64,000 nt of DNA from Candidatus Eiseniibacteriota bacterium (GTDB lineage Bacteria; Eisenbacteria; RBG-16-71-46). The first letter of the stretch is position 1, and every line of letters starts with the position of its first letter. A model generated the notes under the pieces. The model was not told the DNA's origin. It was given only the letters and a program-made list of their open reading frames with translations, and ran no database searches. Shown here piece after piece: positions 27,985-37,063 of the stretch. The stretch is taken from NCBI GenBank assembly GCA_963776245.1, contig CAVZLN010000006.1, positions 32,001-96,000 on the forward strand, in the 5' to 3' direction. The position numbers and the translations under genes are program-made.

Positions 27985-28750
27985 AGGCATCGAACGACTG
28001 ATCCAGGAGGTGCTCGACGGCACCGCCAGCGACGCGGAGCGGACGCGCCTGCAGGACCTCCTGGCCCGCGACCCGGCGGTGCGCGAGCGCCATGCCGAGC
28101 TGGAGTCGCTGTTCCGAGCACTCTCCTCGGTCCCGAGCGCGGAGGCGCCCGCCGGCCTCGAGCCGGCGGTGATGCGCGCCGTCGCGGCCGAAGCGCGGGC
28201 CCACCCGCCGCGGAGCGGGTGGCTCGAGGCGGTCCGCGCCGCGTTGACGAGGCGGCCGGGGGTGTCGCTGGCCTACGGATTCGTGGCGGGGGCGCTCGTG
28301 GGCGCCACCGTCCTCGGCGTGATGACGGGGGGGCTCAGCCCGCGCGTGCGCGCTCAGCTGCCGGTTGCGGGCACCATGATGCCCATGCCGCCGCGCACCG
28401 CGGGCGCCCTCGTCGCCCGTGACGTGGTGCGGGTCGGGGACGCCAACGTGACTCTCGAAGCCCGGCGCGATGGCGCCACCATCGAGTTGAGCGTGGATCC
28501 GGGATCCGCGCCCGGGCTCGAGACCGAGGTGCTCTACGACGAGGCCAGGCTCACGACGCTGGGCGTCACCTGGTCGCGTCCCGGCAGGCACGTGCTCGAC
28601 GTGACCGCCGGGCGTGCGGTGACCACCCAGAGCGGCGACGAGCCGTTCCGCCTCGCGCTGGCGGCGGCCGGCGAGGAGGCGCCGCTGCGCGTGCGGCTGC
28701 GCCGCGGGGCGGTGAGCGTGGAGCGCGCGCTCGAGGCCACCGCCCGGTGA
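27968..28750 (+). CDS. Putative transmembrane anti-sigma factor
   Basis: N-terminal anti-sigma-like helices (LIQEVLDG..ERTRLQDLLARDP), one TM (YGFVAGALVGATVLGV), beta-rich outer domain; overlaps the ECF gene. Confidence 0.72.
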   Translation: MTIHDEGIERLIQEVLDGTASDAERTRLQDLLARDPAVRERHAELESLFRALSSVPSAEAPAGLEPAVMRAVAAEARAHPPRSGWLEAVRAALTRRPGVSLAYGFVAGALVGATVLGVMTGGLSPRVRAQLPVAGTMMPMPPRTAGALVARDVVRVGDANVTLEARRDGATIELSVDPGSAPGLETEVLYDEARLTTLGVTWSRPGRHVLDVTAGRAVTTQSGDEPFRLALAAAGEEAPLRVRLRRGAVSVERALEATAR

Positions 28751-28771
28751 GCGCCGCGGGGCACCCCGCCA

Positions 28772-28798
28772 CCAACCTTTCGAACCGGTTGAAGTCAT
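28772..28798 (+). promoter_or_regulatory. Putative ECF sigma promoter of the downstream target gene
   Basis: CCAACCTTTCG-N11-GTC about 75 nt upstream of ATG 28872. Confidence 0.65.
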
Positions 28799-28871
28799 TC
28801 CCGACACGGACGAGGAGTCCACAAGGTCCGGCCCCTAGGAGCCGGTGGTACCAAGCCAGAGGGAGGAAGTG

Positions 28872-29855
28872 ATGAAGAACAACCGCATCATGATCATCGT
28901 GGCGATCGTGGCGATCGGCGGCGCCGTGGCCTACTTCGGCCTCAAGGGCAAGTTCCCGCCCGCGAGCGGCACCGAGGGCGCGATCGGGGCGGCCAACCGC
29001 TACACGGCACAGCAGATCGCCGACCAGGACGTGGCGCTCAAGAACCCCGACGTCCAGGCCTTCCTCCAGAGCGACACGTTCCACCAGCTGGCGACCAACG
29101 CGGACTTCCGGACGATGGTGAAGGACGGCGCGTTCAATCGGGTCGCCGAGTACATGGCGTCGAAGGAGGTCGAGGGGTTCATCAGCAACCCGCGCAAGAT
29201 CGACGATGGCACCAGCGGTGCCGGCGCCCCGCGGCCTCGCCGCAACAACCCGCTCGGCCAGCCGTCGCGCTGGACCGGGGACCGCCTCGCCATCCTCGAC
29301 GGTCTGCGGCTGGTGTCCGCGGACAAGAACGTGATCAGCATGCCGGCGGACCAGCGCCAGGTGCTGTTCTCGAAGGCGATGACGACCCTGCTGGCGGACC
29401 AGGCGTACGTCGCGATGCTCGGCGACCAGGCGTTCCAGACCGCCGCGAAGAACGGCAAGCTCGACGCCCTGTCCGGCAAGCTCGGGGAGACCTGGGATCA
29501 CTTCAAGATGGACCCCAATCAGCAGGTGCTGACGGCGGACAACGCCTGGGCGCCGATGGTCGGCGGAGACGCGCTCCACAACCTCATCGAGGAGCGCACC
29601 CAGTCCGTCCGCGCCGAGGAGAGCCACGCCCAGATGGGCGTCATCGACCTGCTCGCGATCGACGGCTTCGCGCAGATCTCGGACGGCTTCCGGGCGATCG
29701 CCTTCGACCCGGCGGTCCAGCAGATGGTGAGCCGGGACGAGTACAAGGTCGTGGACAACGCGGTGTTCGCCGACGCGCTGAACCATCCTCCCTTCATCGA
29801 GCTGCTCCGGGTGGGTGCGGACTTCGGGAAGCTGATCGGGCCGGAACAGCAGTAG
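28872..29855 (+). CDS. Hypothetical exported or membrane-anchored helical protein with 9-residue pseudo-repeats
   Basis: N-terminal hydrophobic anchor; GGGAGGA RBS; repeats LQSDTFHQL/ATNADFRTM/VKDGAFNRV, LADQAYVAM/LGDQAFQTA. Confidence 0.75.
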   Translation: MKNNRIMIIVAIVAIGGAVAYFGLKGKFPPASGTEGAIGAANRYTAQQIADQDVALKNPDVQAFLQSDTFHQLATNADFRTMVKDGAFNRVAEYMASKEVEGFISNPRKIDDGTSGAGAPRPRRNNPLGQPSRWTGDRLAILDGLRLVSADKNVISMPADQRQVLFSKAMTTLLADQAYVAMLGDQAFQTAAKNGKLDALSGKLGETWDHFKMDPNQQVLTADNAWAPMVGGDALHNLIEERTQSVRAEESHAQMGVIDLLAIDGFAQISDGFRAIAFDPAVQQMVSRDEYKVVDNAVFADALNHPPFIELLRVGADFGKLIGPEQQ

Positions 29856-29973
29856 TTCCAGTCGACGGTATCGTGACGACGCGGGTCGCCCACCGGGGCC
29901 CGCCGACCGGAGCGAGGAGGTCCTGCGGTGACGCCGCGGGATCTCCTCGCCGCACTGTGGACGCTCGAGGCCC

Positions 29974-32965
29974 ATGACCGACCGATCCCTCGCCCGAACC
30001 GCCGCGTGGTCGCTGCGCGCGGCGCTGCTCTGCCTCCTGCCCGTCCTCCCCCGCCCCGCGCTCGCCCAGTTCCACCTCACCGAGACCGGGGACCTGCGCC
30101 TCGCGTACTACGAGCGCACCCAGGGCTTCATCGTGCCGCACACCGCGCGCTGCTTCGAGAACGCGATGGCGTTCTACCGCCGGGTCCTCCACTACGCCCC
30201 CACCGAGCGCGTGAACGTGTTCCTCGACGACACCGGGGACTACGGCAACGCGGGCGTCTGGGGCGCGCCGCGCAGCAGCATGATGGTGCAGATCGCGCCC
30301 GCCAACTTCGTGTACGAGACCGCGCCCTCGAACGAGCGCATCAACTTCCTCATGAACCACGAGCTCGCGCACGTGGTCACCCTCGACCAGGCGGCGGGCC
30401 GCGACCGGCTCTTCCGGCGGCTGTTCCACGGCAAGGTGCGCCGAGAGCGCCGATCACCCCGAGACCATCTTCTACAACTACCTCACGCTGCCGCGGCGGG
30501 TCGCGCCGCGCTGGCACCGCGAGGGCGCGGCGGTGTTCTTCGAGACCTGGATGGCCGGCGGCTACGGCCGCGCCCAGGGCCCCTACGACGAGATGGTGTT
30601 CCGGTCGATGGTGCGCGACAGCGCGCACTTCTACGACCCGCTCGGGCTCGAGGCCGAGGGCGTGCGCGTGGACTTCCAGATCGGCGTGAATGCCTACCTG
30701 TACGGCACGCGATTCATGACCTACATGGCCTACCAGTACTCGCCCGAGAAGCTCGTGGACTGGGTCTCGCGCACGCCCGGCTCGCGGGCCTACTTCGCGT
30801 CGCAGTTCCGGCACGTGTACGGGAAGTCGCTGGAGCAGGGCTGGCGGGAGTGGATCGACTGGGAACACGCGTTCCAGAAGGCGAATCTCGACTCGGTGCA
30901 CCGCTTCCCCACCACCACGTCCCGCGACCTGTCGCCGAGCGCGCTCGGCTCGGTCTCGCGCGCCTGCCTCGACTCGGCCTCGCGCACGCTCTACGCCGGC
31001 GTGAACTACCCGGGGACGGTGCCCTACATCGCGGCCCTGCCGCTCGACGGCGGCCCGCTTCGGAACGTGCGCGAGGTCAAGGGGCCGGCGCTCTACTTCG
31101 TGTGCTCGCTCGCCTACGACCCCGACGGCAAGGTGCTGTTCTACACCACCGACAACAACGAATGGCGCGACCTCAACCAGCTCGACCCGGCCACCGGCCG
31201 GACCCGGCGGTTGATGAAGGACGCGCGCGTCGGCGACCTCGCCTTCAATCGCCAGGACCGTTCGCTGTGGGGCGTGCGTCACTTCAACGGCATCTCGACG
31301 CTGGTGCGGTTCCCCTATCCCTACAAGGACTACCACCGGGTGTTCGCGTTCCCGTACGGACGCGACCTCTACGACATCGACATCTCCCCCGACGGCACCC
31401 GGCTGGTGGCCTCGGTGCCCGAGATCAACGGCCGCCAGTACCTGCGGCTGATGAGCGTGCCCGCGCTGCTCGCGGGCGACACGACGTCGCGGGCGCTCTA
31501 CGACTTCGGCAGCTCGATCCCCAACAGTTTCGTGTTCTCGCCGGACGGACGCTTCCTGTACGGCAGCTCGTACTACACCGGCGTCTCGAACGTCTTCCGG
31601 TACGATCTCGTCGCGGACTCCATGGACGTGATCACCAACGCCGAGACCGGCTACTTCCGCCCGGTGCCGCTGGGCGGCGACTCGCTGGTGGCGTTCCGCT
31701 ATTCCGGCAAGGGCTTCGTCCCCACGCTGATCGCCGACCGTCCCCTGCGCGACGTGAGCGCCATCACGTTCCTGGGCCAGCAGCTGGCCGAGAAGCACCC
31801 CGTGGTCAAGACCTGGATGGTGCCTTCGCCGCTCAGCGTGAACCTGGACTCGCTCACCACGTTCTCCGGGCCCTACCGCCCCTGGAGCCGGTTCGGGCTC
31901 GCGGACCTGTACCCGGTGGTCGAGGGGTACAAGAACACCACCGCGGGCGGCCTCCACCTCGACTTCTCCGACCCGTTCTCGTTCCACCGCATCGAGGTCA
32001 CCGCCAGCGTCACGCCGCAGGCGGCGGTGCCCGCGGACGAGCGCTGGCACGTGGAGGCGAGCTACCGGCACTTCAACACCGGCGCGAGCTTCCGCTACAA
32101 CGCGGCGTCGTTCTACGACCTGTTCGGCCCGACCAAGACCAGCCGCAAGGGCTACGCCCTGGGCCTCACCTACGGCGCCTCGCTGGTGCGCGACCATCCC
32201 CGCACGCTCGACTTGGATCTCGCGACCACCGGGTACGCGGGGCTCGAGCGCCTGCCCGATTACCAGAACGTCGCGACCTCGCTCGGTTTCGACAAGATGA
32301 TCTCGAGCAGCGTGGAGCTGGCCTACAAGAACACGCGCTCGTCGCTCGGTTCGGTGGACGCGGAGAAGGGCGATCTGTGGCGGCTCGAGGCGTCCGTGAA
32401 CAGCGTGCGCTACGATCGCCCCGGGTACGCCACGTGGCGCAACTTCCCGCTGTTCGCGGGGGTGGCCGATCTCGGCACGCCGCTTCCCGTCGGACATTCC
32501 TCGGTGTGGCTGAGGAACGCGGCGGGCTACTCTCCCGGCGATGCGGACGAGCCATTCGCGAACTTCTATTTCGGCGGCTTCGGCAATAACTGGGTGGACC
32601 GGAACGATCCCAAGCGCTACCGCCAGTACGACAGCTTCCCCGGGATCCCGTTGAACGCGGCCGGAGGCACGCGCTTCGCGAAGAGCATGGTGGACCTGAA
32701 CCTGCCGCCGCTGCGGTTCCGCCATCTCGGCACGCTGGACTTCTACGCCGCGTGGGCACGCCTGTCGGTGTTCGGGGGCGCGCTCGTCACCGATACCGGC
32801 CGGGACGCCACGCGACGCACCCTCGGGAACGCCGGCGCGCAGGCGGATGTCCGCCTGTCCCTGATGATCCAGCAGCCCCTCACGTTCTCGTTCGGCTACG
32901 CCCGCGCGTTCGAGCGGCGGCAGCTTCCCACCGGAGAGTGGATGGCGTCCCTCAAGATCCTCTGA
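29974..32965 (+). CDS. Secreted/outer-membrane protein: gluzincin (peptidase MA-like) + TolB-like beta-propeller + C-terminal beta-barrel; one frameshift at about 30439
   Basis: Signal peptide; MNHELAHVV (HExxH); after a +1 shift PRWHREGAAVFFETW; SPDG propeller repeats; amphipathic aromatic beta strands at the C-terminus. Confidence 0.75.
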
Positions 32966-33975
32966 TGATCGTCCTCAGCCTGCTGGTGGGCCTGGTGCCC
33001 GTGCTGCTGTTCCTCGCCGCGCTCATGGTGATGGACAGCTACCAGCTCGTCACCCGCCGGTCGGTGGCACGCTCGCTCGCGATCGGCGCGCTGGCGGCGC
33101 TCGCCGCCCTGCTCGCGAACCGGGCGGCGGTGGCGGTGCTGCACCTCGACCCGCTGACGCTCAAGCGGTACGGGGCGCCGTTGATCGAGGAGGTGCTCAA
33201 GGTGGCGTTCGTGGTGTGGCTCATCCGGGCCGAGAAGGTGGGCTTCATGGTGGACGCCGGGGTCCACGGCTTCGCCCTCGGCACCGGGTTCGCGCTGGTC
33301 GAGAACGTGTACTACGCCGGCGCGCTGCGGGACTTCGGTCCGCTGCTCTGGATCGTGCGCGGACTGGGCACCGCGGTGATGCACGGCTCCACCACCGCCA
33401 TCGCCGCGATCCTCACCAAGAGCCTCGCCGACCGCCACGATTCGCACGCGATCCGCTGGGCCGCGCCAGGGCTGGCGCTGGCGTTCGCGGCGCACTCGTT
33501 CTTCAACCATCTCACCGTCCATCCCCTGACACTCACCGCGCTGCTGCTCGTCACCATGCCCCTGCTGCTGCTGGTGGTGTTCGAGCGCAGCGAGCAGGCC
33601 ACGCGCCGCTGGCTCGGCGCCGGGCTCGACGCCGACCTCGGCACGCTCGAGCTGGTGCTGAGCGGCGAGGTGCACGAGAGCCGCGTCGGCCGGTACCTCG
33701 AGTCGCTCAAGACGCGCTTCGCGCCCGCCGTGGTGGCGGACATGCTGTGCCTGCTCCGCGTCCACCTCGAGCTGGCGCTGAGCGCCAAGGGCATCCTGAT
33801 GGCGCGCGCGGCGGGCATCGAGATCCCGCTGGACGAGCACGTCCGCGCCAACCTCGAGGAACTGCGCTACCTCGGGAAGTCGGTCGGTCCCACCGGCCGC
33901 CTGGCGCTCATGCCCTTCCTGCGCTCCAGCCGCCGCGACCTCTGGCAGATCCATCTGCTGGGGTCGAGGCGATAG
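32965..33975 (+). CDS. prsW: PrsW-family intramembrane glutamic/metalloprotease with C-terminal extension
   Basis: PLIEEVLK, GFALVENVYY, AVMHG, AHSFFN motifs; multiple TM segments. Confidence 0.85.
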   Translation: MIVLSLLVGLVPVLLFLAALMVMDSYQLVTRRSVARSLAIGALAALAALLANRAAVAVLHLDPLTLKRYGAPLIEEVLKVAFVVWLIRAEKVGFMVDAGVHGFALGTGFALVENVYYAGALRDFGPLLWIVRGLGTAVMHGSTTAIAAILTKSLADRHDSHAIRWAAPGLALAFAAHSFFNHLTVHPLTLTALLLVTMPLLLLVVFERSEQATRRWLGAGLDADLGTLELVLSGEVHESRVGRYLESLKTRFAPAVVADMLCLLRVHLELALSAKGILMARAAGIEIPLDEHVRANLEELRYLGKSVGPTGRLALMPFLRSSRRDLWQIHLLGSRR

Positions 33976-34020
33976 CCGGCGCGCCCGCTCCAGCCTCCGC
34001 CGCGCGGCGCGGCGGGCGCC

Positions 34021-34410
34021 TCAGCCCGCGCGCCGGCTCATCATCACCAGCGCCGCGCCGGTGAAATAGGCCGCGACCCAGTACGCATAGGCCAGGCGCG
34101 AGTAGAGGTGCAGCCCGCTCCCGAGCGGCGCCTCCCCCGCGCGCCGCGCATGGCGCCACAGGAGCAGCGTGTCGGTGGCCATCGCGGCGAGCGCCGAGTA
34201 GCCCAGGATCCCGTGCAGGCTGACGCCCTCGCGCCGGGTGGCGAGGATCATGAGCAGCGTGGCGGTGACATCGAAGGCCACGGCCACCGTGAAGAAGCCG
34301 CGCACCCCGCGGGTGGCGCGGCGGGCACGGACCTCCTTCACGGCGCCGGCGGTGTAGAGCGCCAGCGCCGCGGTCACGGTGGTCACCGCCGCCAATCGCA
34401 ACGGGGTCAT
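34021..34410 (-). CDS. Small 4-TM membrane protein (TIGR03987/HsmA-like)
   Basis: ALALYT, AFDVTATLLM, SLHGILGYSAL, YAYWVAAYFTG pattern. Confidence 0.6.
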   Translation of the reverse strand: MTPLRLAAVTTVTAALALYTAGAVKEVRARRATRGVRGFFTVAVAFDVTATLLMILATRREGVSLHGILGYSALAAMATDTLLLWRHARRAGEAPLGSGLHLYSRLAYAYWVAAYFTGAALVMMSRRAG

Positions 34411-34447
34411 GTCGGTTCCTTTCGTCGCGGGCGCGCGAGCGCCCGCG

Positions 34448-36262
34448 TCACTCCCAGCCGATCGTGCGGCCCCGGTTCTGCCGCTCGAGCCATGCCATCA
34501 GGGGTTGGAAGTACTCGACCATCGCGCGCGTCGAGAGCTCCTCACCGGTGGCTTCGCGGAGCACCACGCGCCAGTCGCGGGTCGCCCCCTGCTCCATGAT
34601 CCCGCGCAGGAAGTCGCCGACCTCCCGGTTGTCCGCGTACGAGCACGCGTGGGGATCCTGCTTCAGGATCTTCCGTGCGATGTGGTCGTGGAGCTGGAAC
34701 TTGAGCACCGTCGCGATGGCGTACGAGTAGTAGTAGCAGGGCGTGTCGTTGATGTGGGTCTTGGTCGCCGGGTCGCAGAACTCCTCGCCGCGCGGCGCGG
34801 GCGGCTCGATGCCCTGGAACTCGCCGACGTAGCGCCACCAGCGCGCGTTCCACTGGTCGGCCGGCAGGCCCCGCGCGTACACGTCCGCCTCCCAGTGTGT
34901 CATCACGCCCGAGGACCAGTACAGGAAGGGCACCGACTCGAGCGCGTCCTGCAGCAGGTGCCGCGTCTGCTCGTCCTTCGGGGTCTTGCCGGGCGGGAGC
35001 AGCCCCATCGAGACCAGGTAGGGCTGCTGGCCCGAGGCGAGCGAGATCAGCTCGCCGATGCCCTCGTGGAACGACGGGTTGGCGCCGTCCCGCAGCAGCG
35101 GCGGGACCTCGGGCCGCGTGTACGCCATGAAGTAGTAGCCATGCCCGAGCTCGTGGTGCGCGGTGTGCCACCACCACTCGTCGGGCTGCACGCTCATCAG
35201 CGAGCGGATGTCGCGATCGAGGTCGATGTGCCAGCACGAGGCGTGCGCGTTCTTCTTCCGCGCCGCGTCCGCGGCCAGCGGGTAGAGGTCGCTGCGCTCC
35301 CAGAACGTGGCCGGCAGCGGCGCGAATCCGAGCCCGGTGTAGAAGCGCTCGGCGCTCTTCACCACGAACTCGGCCGACTTGTCGCGGAACGCCGCGTCGA
35401 GGCTCGACGAGGGTGTCATCGCCTGCCACTCCTGGCCCCAGCGGTTGGGCAGCCAGTGCGCCGGGATGCGCTTCGGGACCGGCTGGTGGTAGCGCTTCGC
35501 CAGTTCGTAGCGCGCCCAGGTGTGGAGCTGGAGATAGAGCGGCCGCAGTTCGCGCATGAAGTCCTGGTTCAGTCTCAGCATCTCGTCGGTGGTCATGTCG
35601 TACTTGGCCACCTGGAGCGAGAAGTAGTCGGGGTATCCGAGCTCCCGCGCGACGCCGTTGCGCAGGCCCTGGAGCTTCTCCAGTCCCGGCCGCAGTTCGG
35701 GCCCCATGCGCTTGGAGGCCTCCCACATCGCGAGGCGCTTCGACACGTCGGTGAGCGTCACCAGGCTGTCGTCGATGGCGTTCGCGGTGATGGGCTGGCC
35801 ATCCAGGCGGTAGGTGTAGCCGTTCATCGCCGAGGCCTGCGCGGTCTCCGCGTCGATGCGCGCGCGCACCAGGTCCGGCGCCGTCATCGGCCCCTCGGCG
35901 GCATTCAGGAGCACGCGCCTGAGCTCCCGCACGCTGAGCGGGTCGAGCTCGGCGGCGTGCTCGAGCAGGGCCCGCGCCTCGGTGATGAGCTCCGGATTGC
36001 CGTTGAACGCGGCCTGCGCCTTGGTGGCGGTGGCCGACGCGGCATCGTGCACCGGGCTGACGTCGGTGGCCGCGTCCCACTGGGCTCGGCTGTTCACGGC
36101 GTAGAGCGCCTGGTACGCGGCGTTGACCAGCGCGAGGAAGCGGTCGGCGCGTTCCTGGTACGCGCCGCGGGCCGGCTCGGCGGTGACCGCGGGCGCGGCA
36201 CGGAGCGCGGCGGCGAGGCTCACGACGAGCGCGAGCCAGAGAGGAAGGCGGGTGCGGGACAT
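34448..36262 (-). CDS. Secreted M2-family peptidyl-dipeptidase (ACE-like)
   Basis: HHELGH, RDGANPSFHEGIGE, IPAHWLPNRWGQEW, DPATKTHI; signal peptide. Confidence 0.93.
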   Translation of the reverse strand: MSRTRLPLWLALVVSLAAALRAAPAVTAEPARGAYQERADRFLALVNAAYQALYAVNSRAQWDAATDVSPVHDAASATATKAQAAFNGNPELITEARALLEHAAELDPLSVRELRRVLLNAAEGPMTAPDLVRARIDAETAQASAMNGYTYRLDGQPITANAIDDSLVTLTDVSKRLAMWEASKRMGPELRPGLEKLQGLRNGVARELGYPDYFSLQVAKYDMTTDEMLRLNQDFMRELRPLYLQLHTWARYELAKRYHQPVPKRIPAHWLPNRWGQEWQAMTPSSSLDAAFRDKSAEFVVKSAERFYTGLGFAPLPATFWERSDLYPLAADAARKKNAHASCWHIDLDRDIRSLMSVQPDEWWWHTAHHELGHGYYFMAYTRPEVPPLLRDGANPSFHEGIGELISLASGQQPYLVSMGLLPPGKTPKDEQTRHLLQDALESVPFLYWSSGVMTHWEADVYARGLPADQWNARWWRYVGEFQGIEPPAPRGEEFCDPATKTHINDTPCYYYSYAIATVLKFQLHDHIARKILKQDPHACSYADNREVGDFLRGIMEQGATRDWRVVLREATGEELSTRAMVEYFQPLMAWLERQNRGRTIGWE

Positions 36263-36510
36263 CGGGTTCCTCCGATTGCAGGTCGCGGATGCCGGCGGCA
36301 GATCGGCGGGCACGGGCCCGCCGGCCGGCGCAGGCTAGCAGACAGCCCACCTCATCCGAAGCACCCTCGGAGGGGATCCGCCACCCTCCCGCTCGCGGCG
36401 GAAAGCGCGGCATCGCGGCCGACGGGTCGCGCGCTGGCATCCCGCGGCACCCCCGCGTAGGCTGGGCGGGCACGGAGCCGGGTGGTCGGCCCACGGGAAG
36501 GAGTCGCCTG

Positions 36511-36885
36511 ATGTTCTGTCCACGCTGTCGTACCGAGTACGTCGAAGGCGTCGGCCGCTGCGACGCGTGCGATCTCGACCTGGTGGAGGCTCTGGAGCCG
36601 CTGCCGACCGAGGAGCCCGCATGGGTCGACCTCGTCACGGTGCTCGAGACCCTCGATCCCACGCGCGCCTCGGTGGTCCGCGCGCTGCTCGAGGCGGAGG
36701 AGATCCCCTGCGCCGTGGCCGACGAGCGGACGCGTCACGCCCTCGGCCTGATCGGAGGCGAGGGCCCGCTCGGGCTCTGGCGCATCCAGGTGCCCGCCGA
36801 GCTCGCGGACGCCGCGCGCGCGCTCATCGCCGACCGCGGGGCCGAGCTGGCCGAGGGCGGCGAGCCGCCCGAAGCCTCCGTCTGA
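36511..36885 (+). CDS. Zn-ribbon + DUF2007 (PII-like) putative signalling protein
   Basis: MFCPRCRTEY..CDAC; ALLEAEEIPC..., RIQVP..A..ARALI. Confidence 0.75.
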   Translation: MFCPRCRTEYVEGVGRCDACDLDLVEALEPLPTEEPAWVDLVTVLETLDPTRASVVRALLEAEEIPCAVADERTRHALGLIGGEGPLGLWRIQVPAELADAARALIADRGAELAEGGEPPEASV

Positions 36886-37063
36886 GCGTCTCCCGCACCG
36901 CTCTCGTCCCGCGCTTCCCCGCGTCCGTCGCCGCGCGCGCCGCTCGTCCCGCGCCCGGGGGCGCCTGGTGCTACCATGCGCGGCCGTCGCATCCGGTCCA
37001 CCCTCGTGTCCCTTCGGCGCTCGCGCGTCCCACGTCCACTCGGAAGAGTAGGAAGGCTCCCGC

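Noticed and set aside
36886..36970. Short GC-rich words shared between intergenic regions (CCGCGTCCGTCGC near 36919 and 53012; CCGCGCGCCCGGCGCGC-like near 53043 and 61873)
   Set aside because: Too short and low in complexity at this GC content to call a repeat family.
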